From assembly GCA_041690135.1 (NCBI GenBank), contig JAWLHY010000013.1:116921-180920 (forward strand): a DNA stretch of 64,000 nt, read 5' to 3'. The stretch comes from Armatimonadota bacterium. Lineage in GTDB: Bacteria > Armatimonadota > SYMT01. The notes beneath the pieces are model-generated. The model was not told the DNA's origin, made no database searches, and saw only the letters and a program-made list of their open reading frames with translations. Made by a program: the position numbers and the translations under genes. Shown here piece after piece: positions 29,268 to 40,256 of this stretch (position 1 is the first letter of the stretch; each line of letters opens with the position of its first letter).

Positions 29268-30947
29268 ATGCGCTCCACGTCGCGAAACACCTGGTTCATT
29301 CTCCTTGCTGTTGCCACACTTTGCTGCGTGCCACACCCGTCGCTGGCCTACGATTTGGGGCCGTCTATGGATGACGCGGCTGTGGCTCCCCCGCCTGAAA
29401 TCATCGAAGAGCCTGTTGAGCCTCCGCCATTCGGGTGGCTCGCGGACGAGGAAGTTCCCCTCCTCCGTGGTGCGCTGGATGCTGGATTGAATCCCAACTT
29501 CCGCGACTCGGAGGGGAACACACTATTGATGATGGCTGCGGCCGCATGGGGTCGCCCGGGGCTCGCGTTTCAACTCCTGTTGGAGCGGGGCGCGGACGTT
29601 AACGCTCGTTCTCGTGAGGGCAAGACAGCGCTCATGTTCGCCGCGGCGAGTTTCAATCCCGAGTCGGTTCGGAAACTTCTGGATCGAGGCGCAGACATCC
29701 GTGCACGAGACCGTTGGGGGCAGACTTCCCTTCATTGGTGTGCGAATTGGTACCAGGGCGATCTCTACATCGGCAGCAAGGAAACCAGGCATGCGGAATG
29801 TGCCCGCACCCTCTTGAAGGCGGGAGCCGAGGTCAACGCTCCCGATAAGGCCGGTATGACCCCGCTGATGCACGCGGCTGCCGGCGGACACGGGCGCATC
29901 GTGAGCACGCTGCTGGAGCACGGGGCTAATGCCAATCTCCGGGACCGGAGGAAGCGGAGTGCGCTAACGTGGTGTGCCAGGGCAGGCACAACCCATCCGG
30001 TGGTCAGCGAACTGTTAGAGGCCGGTGCGCGGGTCGGGCTGATGGAGGCCCTGCTCCTGCGGGATCTGAAGTTGGCCCGTGAGCGCGTGGGCGTAGCGGA
30101 TGCTCTTGGTGGACGGGATCCATGCGGTCGAACCGTCCTGCACCTCGCCGCCCTGGAAGGGGATCTCCAACTGGTTCGGCAACTCGTTGCCGCCGGCGCG
30201 AATCTCGACGCCCGCGACAGGGACGAAAATACGGTCTTGATGTACGCGACCGGGGCCGAACCACGTGCCAATGTACACGGATTTCGCTATTTCGAAGAAC
30301 GGCCCGTGGAAAGCCGGGAAGAATTGATCCGCTGGCTTGCGGCCCGTACAGGGGCGATTAACAAGACCAACTCGCTGGGAGAGGCGCCGCTCCATTGGGC
30401 AATTGCCCTAAAGAGGCCGGACCTCGTGCGGCTGCTGGTCCGTCACGGAGCAAACGTTAACTTGCCGATGAGGTATTCCTTCACCCGGCCCCCGTTGATT
30501 TCCGCCATAGAACGCCGCGACCTCCCGACAATTGAAGTACTCCTCGACCTCGGTGCCGACCCTAACCGGGTCAACGGACTGGCGACCGCATGCGGCGCCG
30601 GTGACGAGGCAGTTGCAGTGGTTGAGGCGCTTCTGCGCGCCGGGGCATGGCCGAACGGGCCCAATTGGGACCTGGGAGGCACATTGCGCAGCGCGGCTTG
30701 GTCGGGCAACCTGCGGTTGGCTCGTATACTTCTAGCACACGGGGCGAAGGTGGGTCATCCGGGAGACTTCACCGCACTGGCTATCGCTGCGTATGGGGGC
30801 CATCTGGAGATGGTCAACCTCCTGCTGGGTGCCGGGGCCGACGTCAACCAGCAGTGTAGAGATGGGCGAACTCCGCTGGAGTTGGCTCGTGCTAAGGGAC
30901 ACACGGCTATTGTGGACCGCCTCCTGGCAGCAGGTGCCCTTCCCTAA
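29268..30947 (+). CDS. Secreted ankyrin-repeat protein
   Basis: Signal-like N-terminus; many G-x-T-(A/P)-L-(M/H)-x-A ... LL-x-x-GA-D/N-V-N repeats. Confidence 0.9.
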   Translation: MRSTSRNTWFILLAVATLCCVPHPSLAYDLGPSMDDAAVAPPPEIIEEPVEPPPFGWLADEEVPLLRGALDAGLNPNFRDSEGNTLLMMAAAAWGRPGLAFQLLLERGADVNARSREGKTALMFAAASFNPESVRKLLDRGADIRARDRWGQTSLHWCANWYQGDLYIGSKETRHAECARTLLKAGAEVNAPDKAGMTPLMHAAAGGHGRIVSTLLEHGANANLRDRRKRSALTWCARAGTTHPVVSELLEAGARVGLMEALLLRDLKLARERVGVADALGGRDPCGRTVLHLAALEGDLQLVRQLVAAGANLDARDRDENTVLMYATGAEPRANVHGFRYFEERPVESREELIRWLAARTGAINKTNSLGEAPLHWAIALKRPDLVRLLVRHGANVNLPMRYSFTRPPLISAIERRDLPTIEVLLDLGADPNRVNGLATACGAGDEAVAVVEALLRAGAWPNGPNWDLGGTLRSAAWSGNLRLARILLAHGAKVGHPGDFTALAIAAYGGHLEMVNLLLGAGADVNQQCRDGRTPLELARAKGHTAIVDRLLAAGALP

Positions 30948-31053
30948 CGTGGCATTTCCCCTACCGGCTCTTGCCCTCTTTTGGTGCCACTCGGCGCGTG
31001 CGCCGGGCATGGGCCAGATGCTGCCTCGGCAATGAGGATTCGATCCTGGTTCA

Positions 31054-31248
31054 TGCCCGGAGTCCCCGAGATATCGGGGTATTGATCGCATCCAGAGGAT
31101 TCCGGACCTCGCCGAAACTGGTGCCGGTGAGGATCCAGGAGTTAGCTCTTGCCGAGATATCTCTCGGACTCCGGGCAGGGTACATGATCAAGTCTTGCTT
31201 ACCAGGATGGCTTCTTGATATTTGCCCGGAGTCCCCGAGATATCGGGG
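31054..31248. repeat. Three alternating REP-like palindromes (BIME-like)
   Basis: TGCCCGGAGTCCCCGAGATATCGGGG at 31054 and 31223; inverted variant at 31151-31177. Confidence 0.75.
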
Positions 31249-31343
31249 CTTGGATCAGCCCCCGAGGGATCCAGACTACGCTGGAACGGCTGCCAGCGAA
31301 AGCACAACAGCCGGCTGATGTATGTCCGGGGGCCGTCTCCTGT

Positions 31344-31544
31344 TTAGGGGACGGGGCCGATGTAGTGCGGCGCGTTCTCGGTGGGCTCTTCCTCTATCTT
31401 TTCGGCCCGAACGTTGACGATGCGCTCGTGCCAGTCCGCCTCGCCGGTGATCATCCGTTCGACGTCGATCTCGTCCATGTGCTGGTCGCCCTCGTCCTCA
31501 TTCACGACCAATTCCACGCGGTAGACCTGCTTTACTTCTGCCAT
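31344..31544 (-). CDS. Small acidic hypothetical protein (66 aa)
   Basis: GGAGGG RBS before ATG 31544; GC3-biased codons. Confidence 0.65.
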   Translation of the reverse strand: MAEVKQVYRVELVVNEDEGDQHMDEIDVERMITGEADWHERIVNVRAEKIEEEPTENAPHYIGPVP

Positions 31545-31776
31545 GCTCTTCCCTCCCTTTCGCGTGGAGGCTTTACCCGGTAAGCGGCCCGTCAAATCGT
31601 GCTCCCCATACGCCGTCCGGCACCCCGAAGAGGTGAGGACCCCTTGAGCCGGCGTTCGGTCTCGGGGGTAGAAACCGGCAACGGCCGCGTGATCCGAACC
31701 TCGTATGCCCATGATCGAGGGCTAAGAAGACATGGTGCACGGTACGGTGGGTAAGATGCCTGGTAGAGATGAACCT

Positions 31777-34215
31777 ATGAAACGCTCGACCTTCCACATT
31801 CCCGGCATGTGCTGCCCCAGCGAGGAGCAGATGATCCGCGTGCGCCTGCAAAACGTGGATCGCATCGAGCGCCTCGACGTTGACTTCCTCTCCCGGGAGT
31901 TGACCGTTACCCATCGCCTGGATGACGAGCGTGAGATCCTGACGGCCCTGGAAGCCCTGGGAATGGATGCCGAGCTCAAGGTCGAGCCTCCGCCCACGGG
32001 GGTGAGGGAATCCGTCTTCTACCTGGCCAAAATGGATTGCCCGACCGAAGAACGGCTGGTGCGCGGCCGCCTGGAAGGGATGCCGGGAATCGAGCGCCTC
32101 GACTTCAACCTGATGGAACGGGAGTTGGTCGTCTCCCACTTGCTGCCGGATGAGAAGCCGATCCTGGCAGCACTCAACTCCTTGGGAATGGAGCCCGCGC
32201 TGCGTGACCCTGCCTCAGTTACGGACCGCGCGATGCGTTCGCGCGCCGCGACGGACGCGGCCGCGACGCACCCAACCTGGTTCCCTTTAGCGGTTTCCGG
32301 GATCCTGGCGGCCATCGCGGAAGGCGTGGCATGGGTTACCGGAAACGAGGCCTCTCCCCCCGTTATCACGCTGTCCCTGCTGTCTATCGGAATCGGCGGG
32401 CGCGACACGCTGCGCAAGGGCATCATTGCTGTCCGGAACCGGACGCTGAACATCAACTTCCTGATGACGCTGGCGGTGTTCGGCGCCGCGGTGATTGGAC
32501 AATGGCCGGAAGCGGCGATGGTCCTGTTTTTGTTCAGCCTTGCGGAGATGATTGAGGGTTACTCGCTGGAACGGGCGCGGAATGCTGTCCGGGCGTTAAT
32601 GGCGCTCACGCCGGAAACCGCCACCGTAAAATCCGAAGATGGCCAGTGGCGGGAAGTGGATGCTGCATCCGTTGCGGTCGGGCAGGTGGTGCGGGTGCGT
32701 CCCGGTGAGCGGATTCCGCTCGACGGAACGGTTACATTGGGGCGTTCCACGGTCAACCAGGCGCCGATCACCGGCGAGAGTATGCCGGTAGAGAAGATCC
32801 CTGGCGAGACCGTGTTCGCGGGGACCGTCAACGAGCGCGGTTCCTTTGAGTTCGAAGTGACGGCGAACCAGGGGGATACAACCCTGGCCCGCATCATCCG
32901 CGCTATCCAGGAAGCCCAGGCCCAGCGCGCGCCCACGCAGCGGTTCATCGATCGCTTCGCCGCAGTCTATACGCCCGCCGTGGTCCTGCTGGCGCTGCTG
33001 GTCGCCGCGGTTCCGCCACTGTTGTTCGGACAGCCGGTATCCGAGTGGATCTACCGGTCCCTGGTCCTACTCGTAATTGCCTGCCCGTGCGCGCTGGTCA
33101 TCTCCACGCCGGTGACAGTGGTGAGCGGGCTGGCGGCCGCGGCACGGAACGGGATTCTGGTCAAGGGTGGGCTCTTCCTCGAAGAAGGGCGGCGCCTGCG
33201 GGTCATCGCGCTGGACAAAACGGGAACGCTCACGCATGGCCGCCCGGAACTAACGGACGTGGTGCCGCTCGATGATCGGGCGCCCGAAGAGCTCCTGCAT
33301 TGGGCGGCCAGCCTGAACTCACTATCGGAACATCCCGTCGCCTCGGCGATCGTGGCTCGCTGCGCCCTTGCCCACGGAGATAGTCCGTGCGTGCTCTTTC
33401 CCGTGACGGAGTTCGAAGCGATCGTGGGGCGCGGGGTCCGGGGCCGGATCAATGGACGGATGCACTACGTGGGCAACCACCGGCTGGTGGAGGAGAACCG
33501 AGTGTGCAGTGCTCGCGTGGAAGAGGCGCTGGACCGACTCGAAGAAGTGGGTAAGACGGCGGTGGTGCTGACTGATGAGGCAACGCCGCTGGCGGTCCTG
33601 GGGGTGGCCGACACCCTCCGTGCGACCAGCGTGGAGGCGGTCCGGGAATTGCAGGCCCTGGGTTTGCGCACTGTGATGCTGACGGGGGACAACCCGACTA
33701 CGGCGCGCGCCATTGCCGATCAGGCCGGAATCGACGATGCCCGAGGAAGCTTGCTCCCGGAGGACAAGCTGGCCGCTGTGGAAGAGTTGCGCAATCGCTA
33801 TGGGCATGTCGGTATGGTGGGAGACGGTATCAACGACGCCCCTGCCCTGGCGCGCGCCTCGGTCGGCTTTGCGATGGGCGCCGCGGGCACGGATACGGCC
33901 CTGGAGACGGCCGACGTGGCATTGATGGAGGACGACCTGCGGAAGCTCCCGGTCTTCATCCGGCTGAGCCGGGCCACCCACCGGGTACTGATGCAGAACA
34001 TCACGCTCGCCATCGGAATCAAAGTAGTCTTCTTTGCCCTCGCATTAGCAGGCCAGGCCACGCTCTGGATGGCGGTGTTCGCCGATATGGGGGCGAGCCT
34101 CCTGGTGGTGTTCAACGGTTTGCGGCTGCTCCGGTTCGGCGCGCGCCCAACGACCCCGGTACCGGCGTCGCTCGCTCCGGCCCCGACTTGCGGACACGGG
34201 TGTGCCCATGACTGA
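31777..34215 (+). CDS. Heavy-metal P1B-2-type ATPase (Zn/Cd/Pb efflux) with two N-terminal HMA domains
   Basis: GMCCPSE and MDCPTE; TGES, CPC, DKTGT, SEHP, GDGINDAP; TM K (GIKVV) and DMG. Confidence 0.93.
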   Translation: MKRSTFHIPGMCCPSEEQMIRVRLQNVDRIERLDVDFLSRELTVTHRLDDEREILTALEALGMDAELKVEPPPTGVRESVFYLAKMDCPTEERLVRGRLEGMPGIERLDFNLMERELVVSHLLPDEKPILAALNSLGMEPALRDPASVTDRAMRSRAATDAAATHPTWFPLAVSGILAAIAEGVAWVTGNEASPPVITLSLLSIGIGGRDTLRKGIIAVRNRTLNINFLMTLAVFGAAVIGQWPEAAMVLFLFSLAEMIEGYSLERARNAVRALMALTPETATVKSEDGQWREVDAASVAVGQVVRVRPGERIPLDGTVTLGRSTVNQAPITGESMPVEKIPGETVFAGTVNERGSFEFEVTANQGDTTLARIIRAIQEAQAQRAPTQRFIDRFAAVYTPAVVLLALLVAAVPPLLFGQPVSEWIYRSLVLLVIACPCALVISTPVTVVSGLAAAARNGILVKGGLFLEEGRRLRVIALDKTGTLTHGRPELTDVVPLDDRAPEELLHWAASLNSLSEHPVASAIVARCALAHGDSPCVLFPVTEFEAIVGRGVRGRINGRMHYVGNHRLVEENRVCSARVEEALDRLEEVGKTAVVLTDEATPLAVLGVADTLRATSVEAVRELQALGLRTVMLTGDNPTTARAIADQAGIDDARGSLLPEDKLAAVEELRNRYGHVGMVGDGINDAPALARASVGFAMGAAGTDTALETADVALMEDDLRKLPVFIRLSRATHRVLMQNITLAIGIKVVFFALALAGQATLWMAVFADMGASLLVVFNGLRLLRFGARPTTPVPASLAPAPTCGHGCAHD

Positions 34216-34954
34216 GTGGGGAGAGCTTTGGGCGTATCCGGCGCCGGCCGTAGTGGCCGGCATCGCCGGTGGAATCATTGGTGTTGCGGGAGCGCGGCGC
34301 AGTTCTACCACCACGGATGTGCTGGTTTACTTCGCGGCGGGCGCCTTTCTGGGTCTGGTCTTCCTCCACCTGCTGCCGGAGTCCGGAGAGCGGGCCGGAT
34401 GGGGGCCGGCGCTGGTCGCCTTCGTGCTGGGTTGGCTGGCGTGTTTGCTGATCACGCGCCGTTCGGGAGCCACATGCCCGGCCTGCGCCGGCGACCCGCC
34501 ACGCAGCCGGGCTCTCCCGGTGGGCGGGCTCCTCATCTTTACCGTGGCGCTGCACAGCGCCCTCGACGGCTTCGCCCTCAGTAGCGCCGGAAGAGATCCC
34601 CATGCCGCGGAGTTGGTCTCACTCGCGGTCCTGGTCCACAAGGTCCCCGAGGGCGTCGCGGTGGCGGCCTTGCTGCGCGGATCCGGCCGCAGCGTTCCGG
34701 CAGCGCTGCTGATCACCTCGCTGGTCGAGTGCATGACCTTCGGTGGGTTCGCGCTCGGCCTTCTCCTGGGTGAGCAGCAAGCACTCCTGCTGGGTCTCGG
34801 CCTGGGATTCGTGGCCGGAAGCTTCGTCTACTTCATCGCCATCACGCTGCGGCACCTGCGAGAAGCAGTGCATCCCCGCCTCAACGCTGCTTCGGCGGCA
34901 TTCGGTGTGCTGGTCGTCTTCCTGGCGCAACTCACCTCCAATCACCCCCACTGA
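34208..34954 (+). CDS. ZIP family metal transporter
   Basis: FLHLLPES, LHSALDG, VHKVPEG, AGSFVY; overlaps the ATPase stop. Confidence 0.85.
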   Translation: MTEWGELWAYPAPAVVAGIAGGIIGVAGARRSSTTTDVLVYFAAGAFLGLVFLHLLPESGERAGWGPALVAFVLGWLACLLITRRSGATCPACAGDPPRSRALPVGGLLIFTVALHSALDGFALSSAGRDPHAAELVSLAVLVHKVPEGVAVAALLRGSGRSVPAALLITSLVECMTFGGFALGLLLGEQQALLLGLGLGFVAGSFVYFIAITLRHLREAVHPRLNAASAAFGVLVVFLAQLTSNHPH

Positions 34955-35028
34955 TAGTTCGTGCGATGAACTGAAATTCGATTTTGGGGAACCCGTAGTC
35001 AAACCCGGGGCGTAGCGACAATACTGGA

Positions 35029-35044
35029 TTAAACGTTCGTTTAA
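35029..35044. promoter_or_regulatory. Putative TetR operator upstream of the RND operon
   Basis: TTAAACG-TT-CGTTTAA palindrome 40 nt before the MFP start; operon ends with a TetR gene. Confidence 0.6.
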
Positions 35045-35083
35045 CGCCTATCCCTCGCCTGCTTGTCGCGAGGAGCCCTGATT

Positions 35084-36916
35084 ATGTCTGCCCAGCCTCT
35101 CTCCCCAATGACCAAAGCCAAATTTCCTGTACGCCCCGTAGCCGTCGGTGCGCTGGTGGTGCTCTTCGGCGCCGGTGCATCCACCGTTCTCCGCGGGCAG
35201 AAGCCCGCCGCTCATGCGGAAACACCACCGCCCGCTTCGTCCGGCAAGGAAGCGGGCCATGGGGCCACAGCCGCTCAGCCGAGCGCTACGGAAGTGGGCG
35301 TGGAGGTGGTTTTGCCCCAGTCGCTGCGGGAGCCGATCCGGGTCACCGGCACGCTTCGTACGGACGAAATGGTGACGCTCTCCACCAAGGCCACGGGCCT
35401 GGTCGAGAAGGTCTTCGTTAAGGAAGGCGATCCCGTCCGCAAAGGGCAACTCCTGGTGCGGATCGACGACAGCGATCTCATCGCCCAGCGGGATCGGGCC
35501 CTGGCCACGATCCGGTCCACGGAAGCCCAGGTCGCGCAGGATGAAGCGGCAGTGGCCGTGGCGGAAGCGCGATTGAAACAGGCGGAAACTAACCGCGGCA
35601 TTAAGGATACGGGCGCACAGAGCGACTTCCGCCGCGCCGAGCAGGCCCTGGCGACGGCGAAGACACGCCTCGCCCAGGCAAAGTCTCTTTCGGGCATCGC
35701 GGCCACCGAATCGGACACGCGCGTCGCGTCCGCCAAAGCGGGGCTGCAGGCGGCCCGCGAGCGCCTGAAGGCGCTGGTGGAGGGTTCGCGGAAGCAGGAG
35801 AAGGCGTCGGCACAGGCCATGCTCGTTCGGGCTCAGTCGCAGGTGGCGCGCATGAAGTCGATGCTGGAGCGCCGCGAACAGCTCTATCGGGACAAGGCCA
35901 TCGCGGCGGAAGTAGTCGACAATGCCCGCCGCGACTACGAAGGCGCCCTCGCCGATCTCGACGCGGCCAAGCAGCAGCTCAGCCTGGTCCAGGAAGGGCC
36001 GCGGACGGAAGAGATCCGCGCGCAGGAAGAAGTGGTGCGCCAGGCGGAGGCGGCCGTTCGCGATGCCGAAGCCAACCGTGCCCGCCGGAGCATCAGCGAC
36101 CAGGATGTAGAAGCGGCGGAAGCACAGGTCCGCCAGGCCGAAGCCGCACTGGACGCCGCGCGCGCCAACCTGGCCCAGAGCCAGGTGAACGAGGACGAGA
36201 TCCGCAGCACCCGCGCGGCTGTGAACCAGGCCCGCGCCACGGTGCTGAAATCGCGCGCCGCCGGGCTGCAGGCGCAGGCGGACCTCCGCTTTCAGAACGA
36301 GCTGATCAAGCAGACCAAGATCTTCAGCCCGGTCAACGGGGTGGTGAGCTCCCGGAACGTGCAGGAAGGTGCGGCCGTGGTGCAGATGCGCAACGAGCTG
36401 ATGACGCTGGTCTCCTCCGACACGCTCTACTTCGAGGCGACCGCGCCGGAAACGTCGCTGCCGCAGCTTCGCCCTGGTCTTCCCGCCCGGGTGATCCTCG
36501 ACGCGGTGCCCGGCAAGATCTTCCCCGGACAGCTTCGCCAGATCATTCCGGTGGCCTCCGGCACCAACCGCTCGGTGCGCCTGCGCATCTCCTTCCCCCG
36601 GCCGCCGGCGGGGCAGACCGTGGTGGGCGGGTTTGCTCGGGCGGAGATCATGGGGCGCTCGCGCGGCGCGGCGGTTTCGGTGCCGCGCGCGGCTCTCGTT
36701 TCGAATGACGGACAACTGGGCGTCTTCCTGCTCCAGGACGGCAAGGCCGTGCGGAAGGAAGTGACGATCGGCGACCCGGGCGGCACCGGCGACCGCGTGC
36801 CCGTGATCGAAGGACTACGGGGTGGTGAGACCATCATCGTGGAAGGCGCTTCCAGCCTCACGGACGGGCAGAAGGTGACGCCCACAGAGACGGCGCCGCG
36901 CGCGGCCGCGAAATAA
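35084..36916 (+). CDS. RND periplasmic adaptor (MFP) with a very long coiled-coil
   Basis: VKEGDPVRKGQLLVRID lipoyl half, long Ala/Gln-rich helix, IFSPVNGVV, SVPRAAL, EGLRGGETII. Confidence 0.9.
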   Translation: MSAQPLSPMTKAKFPVRPVAVGALVVLFGAGASTVLRGQKPAAHAETPPPASSGKEAGHGATAAQPSATEVGVEVVLPQSLREPIRVTGTLRTDEMVTLSTKATGLVEKVFVKEGDPVRKGQLLVRIDDSDLIAQRDRALATIRSTEAQVAQDEAAVAVAEARLKQAETNRGIKDTGAQSDFRRAEQALATAKTRLAQAKSLSGIAATESDTRVASAKAGLQAARERLKALVEGSRKQEKASAQAMLVRAQSQVARMKSMLERREQLYRDKAIAAEVVDNARRDYEGALADLDAAKQQLSLVQEGPRTEEIRAQEEVVRQAEAAVRDAEANRARRSISDQDVEAAEAQVRQAEAALDAARANLAQSQVNEDEIRSTRAAVNQARATVLKSRAAGLQAQADLRFQNELIKQTKIFSPVNGVVSSRNVQEGAAVVQMRNELMTLVSSDTLYFEATAPETSLPQLRPGLPARVILDAVPGKIFPGQLRQIIPVASGTNRSVRLRISFPRPPAGQTVVGGFARAEIMGRSRGAAVSVPRAALVSNDGQLGVFLLQDGKAVRKEVTIGDPGGTGDRVPVIEGLRGGETIIVEGASSLTDGQKVTPTETAPRAAAK

Positions 36917-36986
36917 GCTGGCCCCAGTCATTCTCCTTTCGTCCCGTGCGAGTTTTCTTTTTGTGCAGGCAAACCGGTAGCGTTCC

Positions 36987-39900
36987 ATGCAAAAGCTAGC
37001 CGAACTGTGTGTGCGGCGACCCGTCTTCGCCACCGTACTTACCCTGATGATGATCGTCATCGGGTGGGTTTCCTACTTCCGACTGGGCGTGGACCGCTTT
37101 CCCAAGGTCGACTTCCCCACCATCACCGTGACGACCCGTCTTCCGGGCGCCTCCCCCGAGGAACTGGAGACGGAAGTCACCGACAAGATCGAAGAGGCGG
37201 TCAACTCGATCAGCGGCATCGACGAACTGCGTTCCACCACTTCGGAGGGGATCTCACAGGTCTTCGTGACGTTCGTCCTCGACAAGGACGTGGACGTGGC
37301 CGCGCAGGAAGTGCGGGACAAGGTCAACCAGGTCATCCCCTTCCTGCCGGATAGCGTTGAGTTGCCGACGGTCGATAAGCTGGACCCGGACGCTTCTCCG
37401 GTTCTCAGCATCGCACTCACGGCCTCCAAGCCGATCCGCGACATCACCGAGTTCGCGGACAAGACCCTGAAGCGGCAGATCGAAACGGTCAGCGGCGTGG
37501 GGCAGATCATCATCCTCGGGGGCCGCGAGCGCCAGATCAACGTGTGGCTGGACCCGGAAAAGCTGCGCTCTTACGGGCTGACGGTGACGGACGCGGTCAA
37601 CGCCCTGCGCGCCGAGAACATCCAGGTGCCGGGCGGCTCCGTCGAGCAGGACACCCGGGACCTGACCCTTCGTACCAAGGGCCGCATCCGCACCGTCCGC
37701 GACTTCTACGACATCGTCATCGCCAATAAGGACGGCTATCCGATCAAGGTCAGCGATATTGGGTACGTCGAGGATGGCGCGGAGAAGGAAGAGACGGTCG
37801 CGAACGTCAACGGCCAGCCGGCCGTGGTGCTCAACGTCCGGAAGCAGAGCGGCACGAACACCGTGGCCGTGGTGGAAGGGGTCAAGGAGCGCCTCGAAGA
37901 GGTGGAGAAGCGTCTTCCCGCCGGTTACCACATGGAGATCGTGCGGGACCAGTCGACCTATATCGAGAACGCCACGCACGCCGTGCAGGAGCACCTGATC
38001 GTCGGCTCCATCCTGGCGGCGCTGGTGGTGCTCCTCTTCCTGGGCAACCTCCGCTCGACCCTGATCGCGGCCGTGGCAATCCCTACCTCCATCATTGCCA
38101 CCTTCGCGCTGATGAACCAACTCGGGTACACCCTTAACGTCATCACGCTGCTGGCGCTGACCCTGGCGGTGGGGATCGTGATCGACGACGCCATCGTGGT
38201 GTTGGAGAACGTCTACCGCTTCATTGTCGAGAAGCGGATGAGCCCGTTCGAGGCAGCCATCGAGGGCACCCGCGAGATCGGACTGGCGGTTCTGGCCACC
38301 ACCCTTTCCCTAGTGGCGGTCTTCATGCCGGTCGCCTTTATGGGCGGCATCGTGGGCCGCTTCATGAACAGCTTCGGCCTCACCATGGCCTTCGCAATCA
38401 TGGTTTCCCTGGTTGTAAGCTTTACCCTCACCCCCTCCCTCTGCGCGCGCTGGCTGCGGGCTGCGCAGGGGTCAGGGGCCAGGGATGAGGGGCCGGAAGC
38501 CGAAGCAGGCAGGGGTGCAGTGAGCGGGGAGCAGGGGGAAGGCGTTGGCGCACACGCGGCGGCGGCACACTCTCCCACAATGGGAGCGGAGGCGCATCAC
38601 GGCGCGTCGTGGGTGGACGGGTTCTACAAACCGATCGAGAAGTCGTATCTCTGGATGCTTCGGCATGCGATGCGGCGGCGGTGGGTAGTGGTGCTGGCCT
38701 GTTTCGTCGTGCTGTGGAGTACGGGGCCGATCTTCGGAGCGGTGCCGAAGAACTTCCTCCCGCTGGAAGACGAGTCCCAGTTCGAAGTGACCGTCCGCGC
38801 GCCGGAAGGCACCAGTCTCCGCTCGACCGAGGAGATCCTCAATACGGTCGCGGAGAAGATCCGCAAGATGCCCGAGGTCCGCTACACCCTGGTGACCGTA
38901 GCGGGCGACGAACAGCAGACCGACAACTCCGGGGCGGTGTACGTCAAGCTGAAGGAAGTCCAGGAGCGGAAGCTGGATCAGTACGCGCTGATGGGCGTGG
39001 TGCGCAAAGACGTGCTGTCCGAATTCCAGGGCCGCGGCCTGCGCCTGGCGGTCCAGCCCGTGGCGGCCTTCTCGGGCGGCGGCAGCAGCAACGCCAGCAT
39101 CGTCTTCTTCGTCGCGGGGCCCAAGCTGGATGAGCTCGAGGCTTACTCCACCCGGCTGCTGGATAAGATGAAGAGTATACCCGGCGTGGTCGACCCCAAC
39201 ACCAGCTACGTCACCGGGAAGCCGGAGCTTTCGGTCAACATCGACCGCGCGCGCGCGGCCTACCTGGGGGTTCGCATCCAGGACATCGGCTCGGCGCTGC
39301 GGTTCCTGGTGGGCGGCGAAGATATCTCCAACTACGAGGATGCCGGCCAGCAGTACGAAGTTCATGTCCGGGCGCTGAAGGCCTTCCGGACCGATCCGCA
39401 GGGCCTCAAGAACGTGACGGTGCCGAGTGCCCGCATGGGCGCGGTGCCGCTGGAAGAGTTGGTGACGTTCGACGAAGGCACCGGTCCCGCAGCGATCAAC
39501 CGCATGGGGCGCCAGCGCCAGGTAACGCTGACCGCGAACGCCGCGCCGGGTGCGTCCGAAGCGGCGATCATCGAAGCGCTGCAGGCGGAAGTCGGCGCGA
39601 TGAAGATGCCCCCCGGCTACTTCGCCGCTCCGGCCGGCCGCAGTAAGGAACTCGGGCGCGCCGCGCAGAACTTTATGATCGCGTTCCTGCTGGCGTTCGT
39701 GTTCATGTATCTGATCCTGGCGGCACAGTTCGAAAGCTGGGTCCACCCCATCACCATCCTGCTGGCGCTGCCGTTGACACTGCCGTTCGCCTCGCTGGCG
39801 CTCTTGATCACGGGACAGTCGCTGAACCTCTACAGCGCCCTGGGCTTCCTCGTGCTGTTCGGGATCGTGAAGAAGAACTCGATTCTCCAGATCGATCATA

Positions 39901-40235
39901 CCAACCAGCTCCGGGAGCACGGATTGCCACGCTACGAGGCGATCATGCAGGCGAACAAGGACCGGCTCCGGCCGATCCTGATGACGACCATCGCCTTTGT
40001 GGCCGGTATGATCCCGCTGGTCGTTTCCAATGGCGTGGGAGCCGCGACCAACAAGTGTATCGGCTGGGGCGTGATCGGCGGGCAAACCCTGTCCCTGCTG
40101 CTGACGCTCCTGGCGACGCCGGTTGCGTATTCCTTGTTTGACGACGTGGCTAACTTCCGGCTGATCGAGCGGATCCGCAATCGGTTCTTTCCGCCGCGCA
40201 TCAAGGAAGCCACGATGACCAGCGGTGCGGAGTAG
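36987..40235 (+). CDS. AcrB/MdtB-like RND permease
   Basis: [44 protein letters not shown]. Confidence 0.95.
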   Translation: MQKLAELCVRRPVFATVLTLMMIVIGWVSYFRLGVDRFPKVDFPTITVTTRLPGASPEELETEVTDKIEEAVNSISGIDELRSTTSEGISQVFVTFVLDKDVDVAAQEVRDKVNQVIPFLPDSVELPTVDKLDPDASPVLSIALTASKPIRDITEFADKTLKRQIETVSGVGQIIILGGRERQINVWLDPEKLRSYGLTVTDAVNALRAENIQVPGGSVEQDTRDLTLRTKGRIRTVRDFYDIVIANKDGYPIKVSDIGYVEDGAEKEETVANVNGQPAVVLNVRKQSGTNTVAVVEGVKERLEEVEKRLPAGYHMEIVRDQSTYIENATHAVQEHLIVGSILAALVVLLFLGNLRSTLIAAVAIPTSIIATFALMNQLGYTLNVITLLALTLAVGIVIDDAIVVLENVYRFIVEKRMSPFEAAIEGTREIGLAVLATTLSLVAVFMPVAFMGGIVGRFMNSFGLTMAFAIMVSLVVSFTLTPSLCARWLRAAQGSGARDEGPEAEAGRGAVSGEQGEGVGAHAAAAHSPTMGAEAHHGASWVDGFYKPIEKSYLWMLRHAMRRRWVVVLACFVVLWSTGPIFGAVPKNFLPLEDESQFEVTVRAPEGTSLRSTEEILNTVAEKIRKMPEVRYTLVTVAGDEQQTDNSGAVYVKLKEVQERKLDQYALMGVVRKDVLSEFQGRGLRLAVQPVAAFSGGGSSNASIVFFVAGPKLDELEAYSTRLLDKMKSIPGVVDPNTSYVTGKPELSVNIDRARAAYLGVRIQDIGSALRFLVGGEDISNYEDAGQQYEVHVRALKAFRTDPQGLKNVTVPSARMGAVPLEELVTFDEGTGPAAINRMGRQRQVTLTANAAPGASEAAIIEALQAEVGAMKMPPGYFAAPAGRSKELGRAAQNFMIAFLLAFVFMYLILAAQFESWVHPITILLALPLTLPFASLALLITGQSLNLYSALGFLVLFGIVKKNSILQIDHTNQLREHGLPRYEAIMQANKDRLRPILMTTIAFVAGMIPLVVSNGVGAATNKCIGWGVIGGQTLSLLLTLLATPVAYSLFDDVANFRLIERIRNRFFPPRIKEATMTSGAE

Positions 40236-40256
40236 TACGAAGTAGTGAGGGAGTGA

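Noticed and set aside
30941-31147. Integron attC site after the ankyrin gene (CCCTAAC ... GTTAGCT)
   Set aside because: Span of ~200 bp is too long, internal L-box symmetry is not evident, and there is no integrase.
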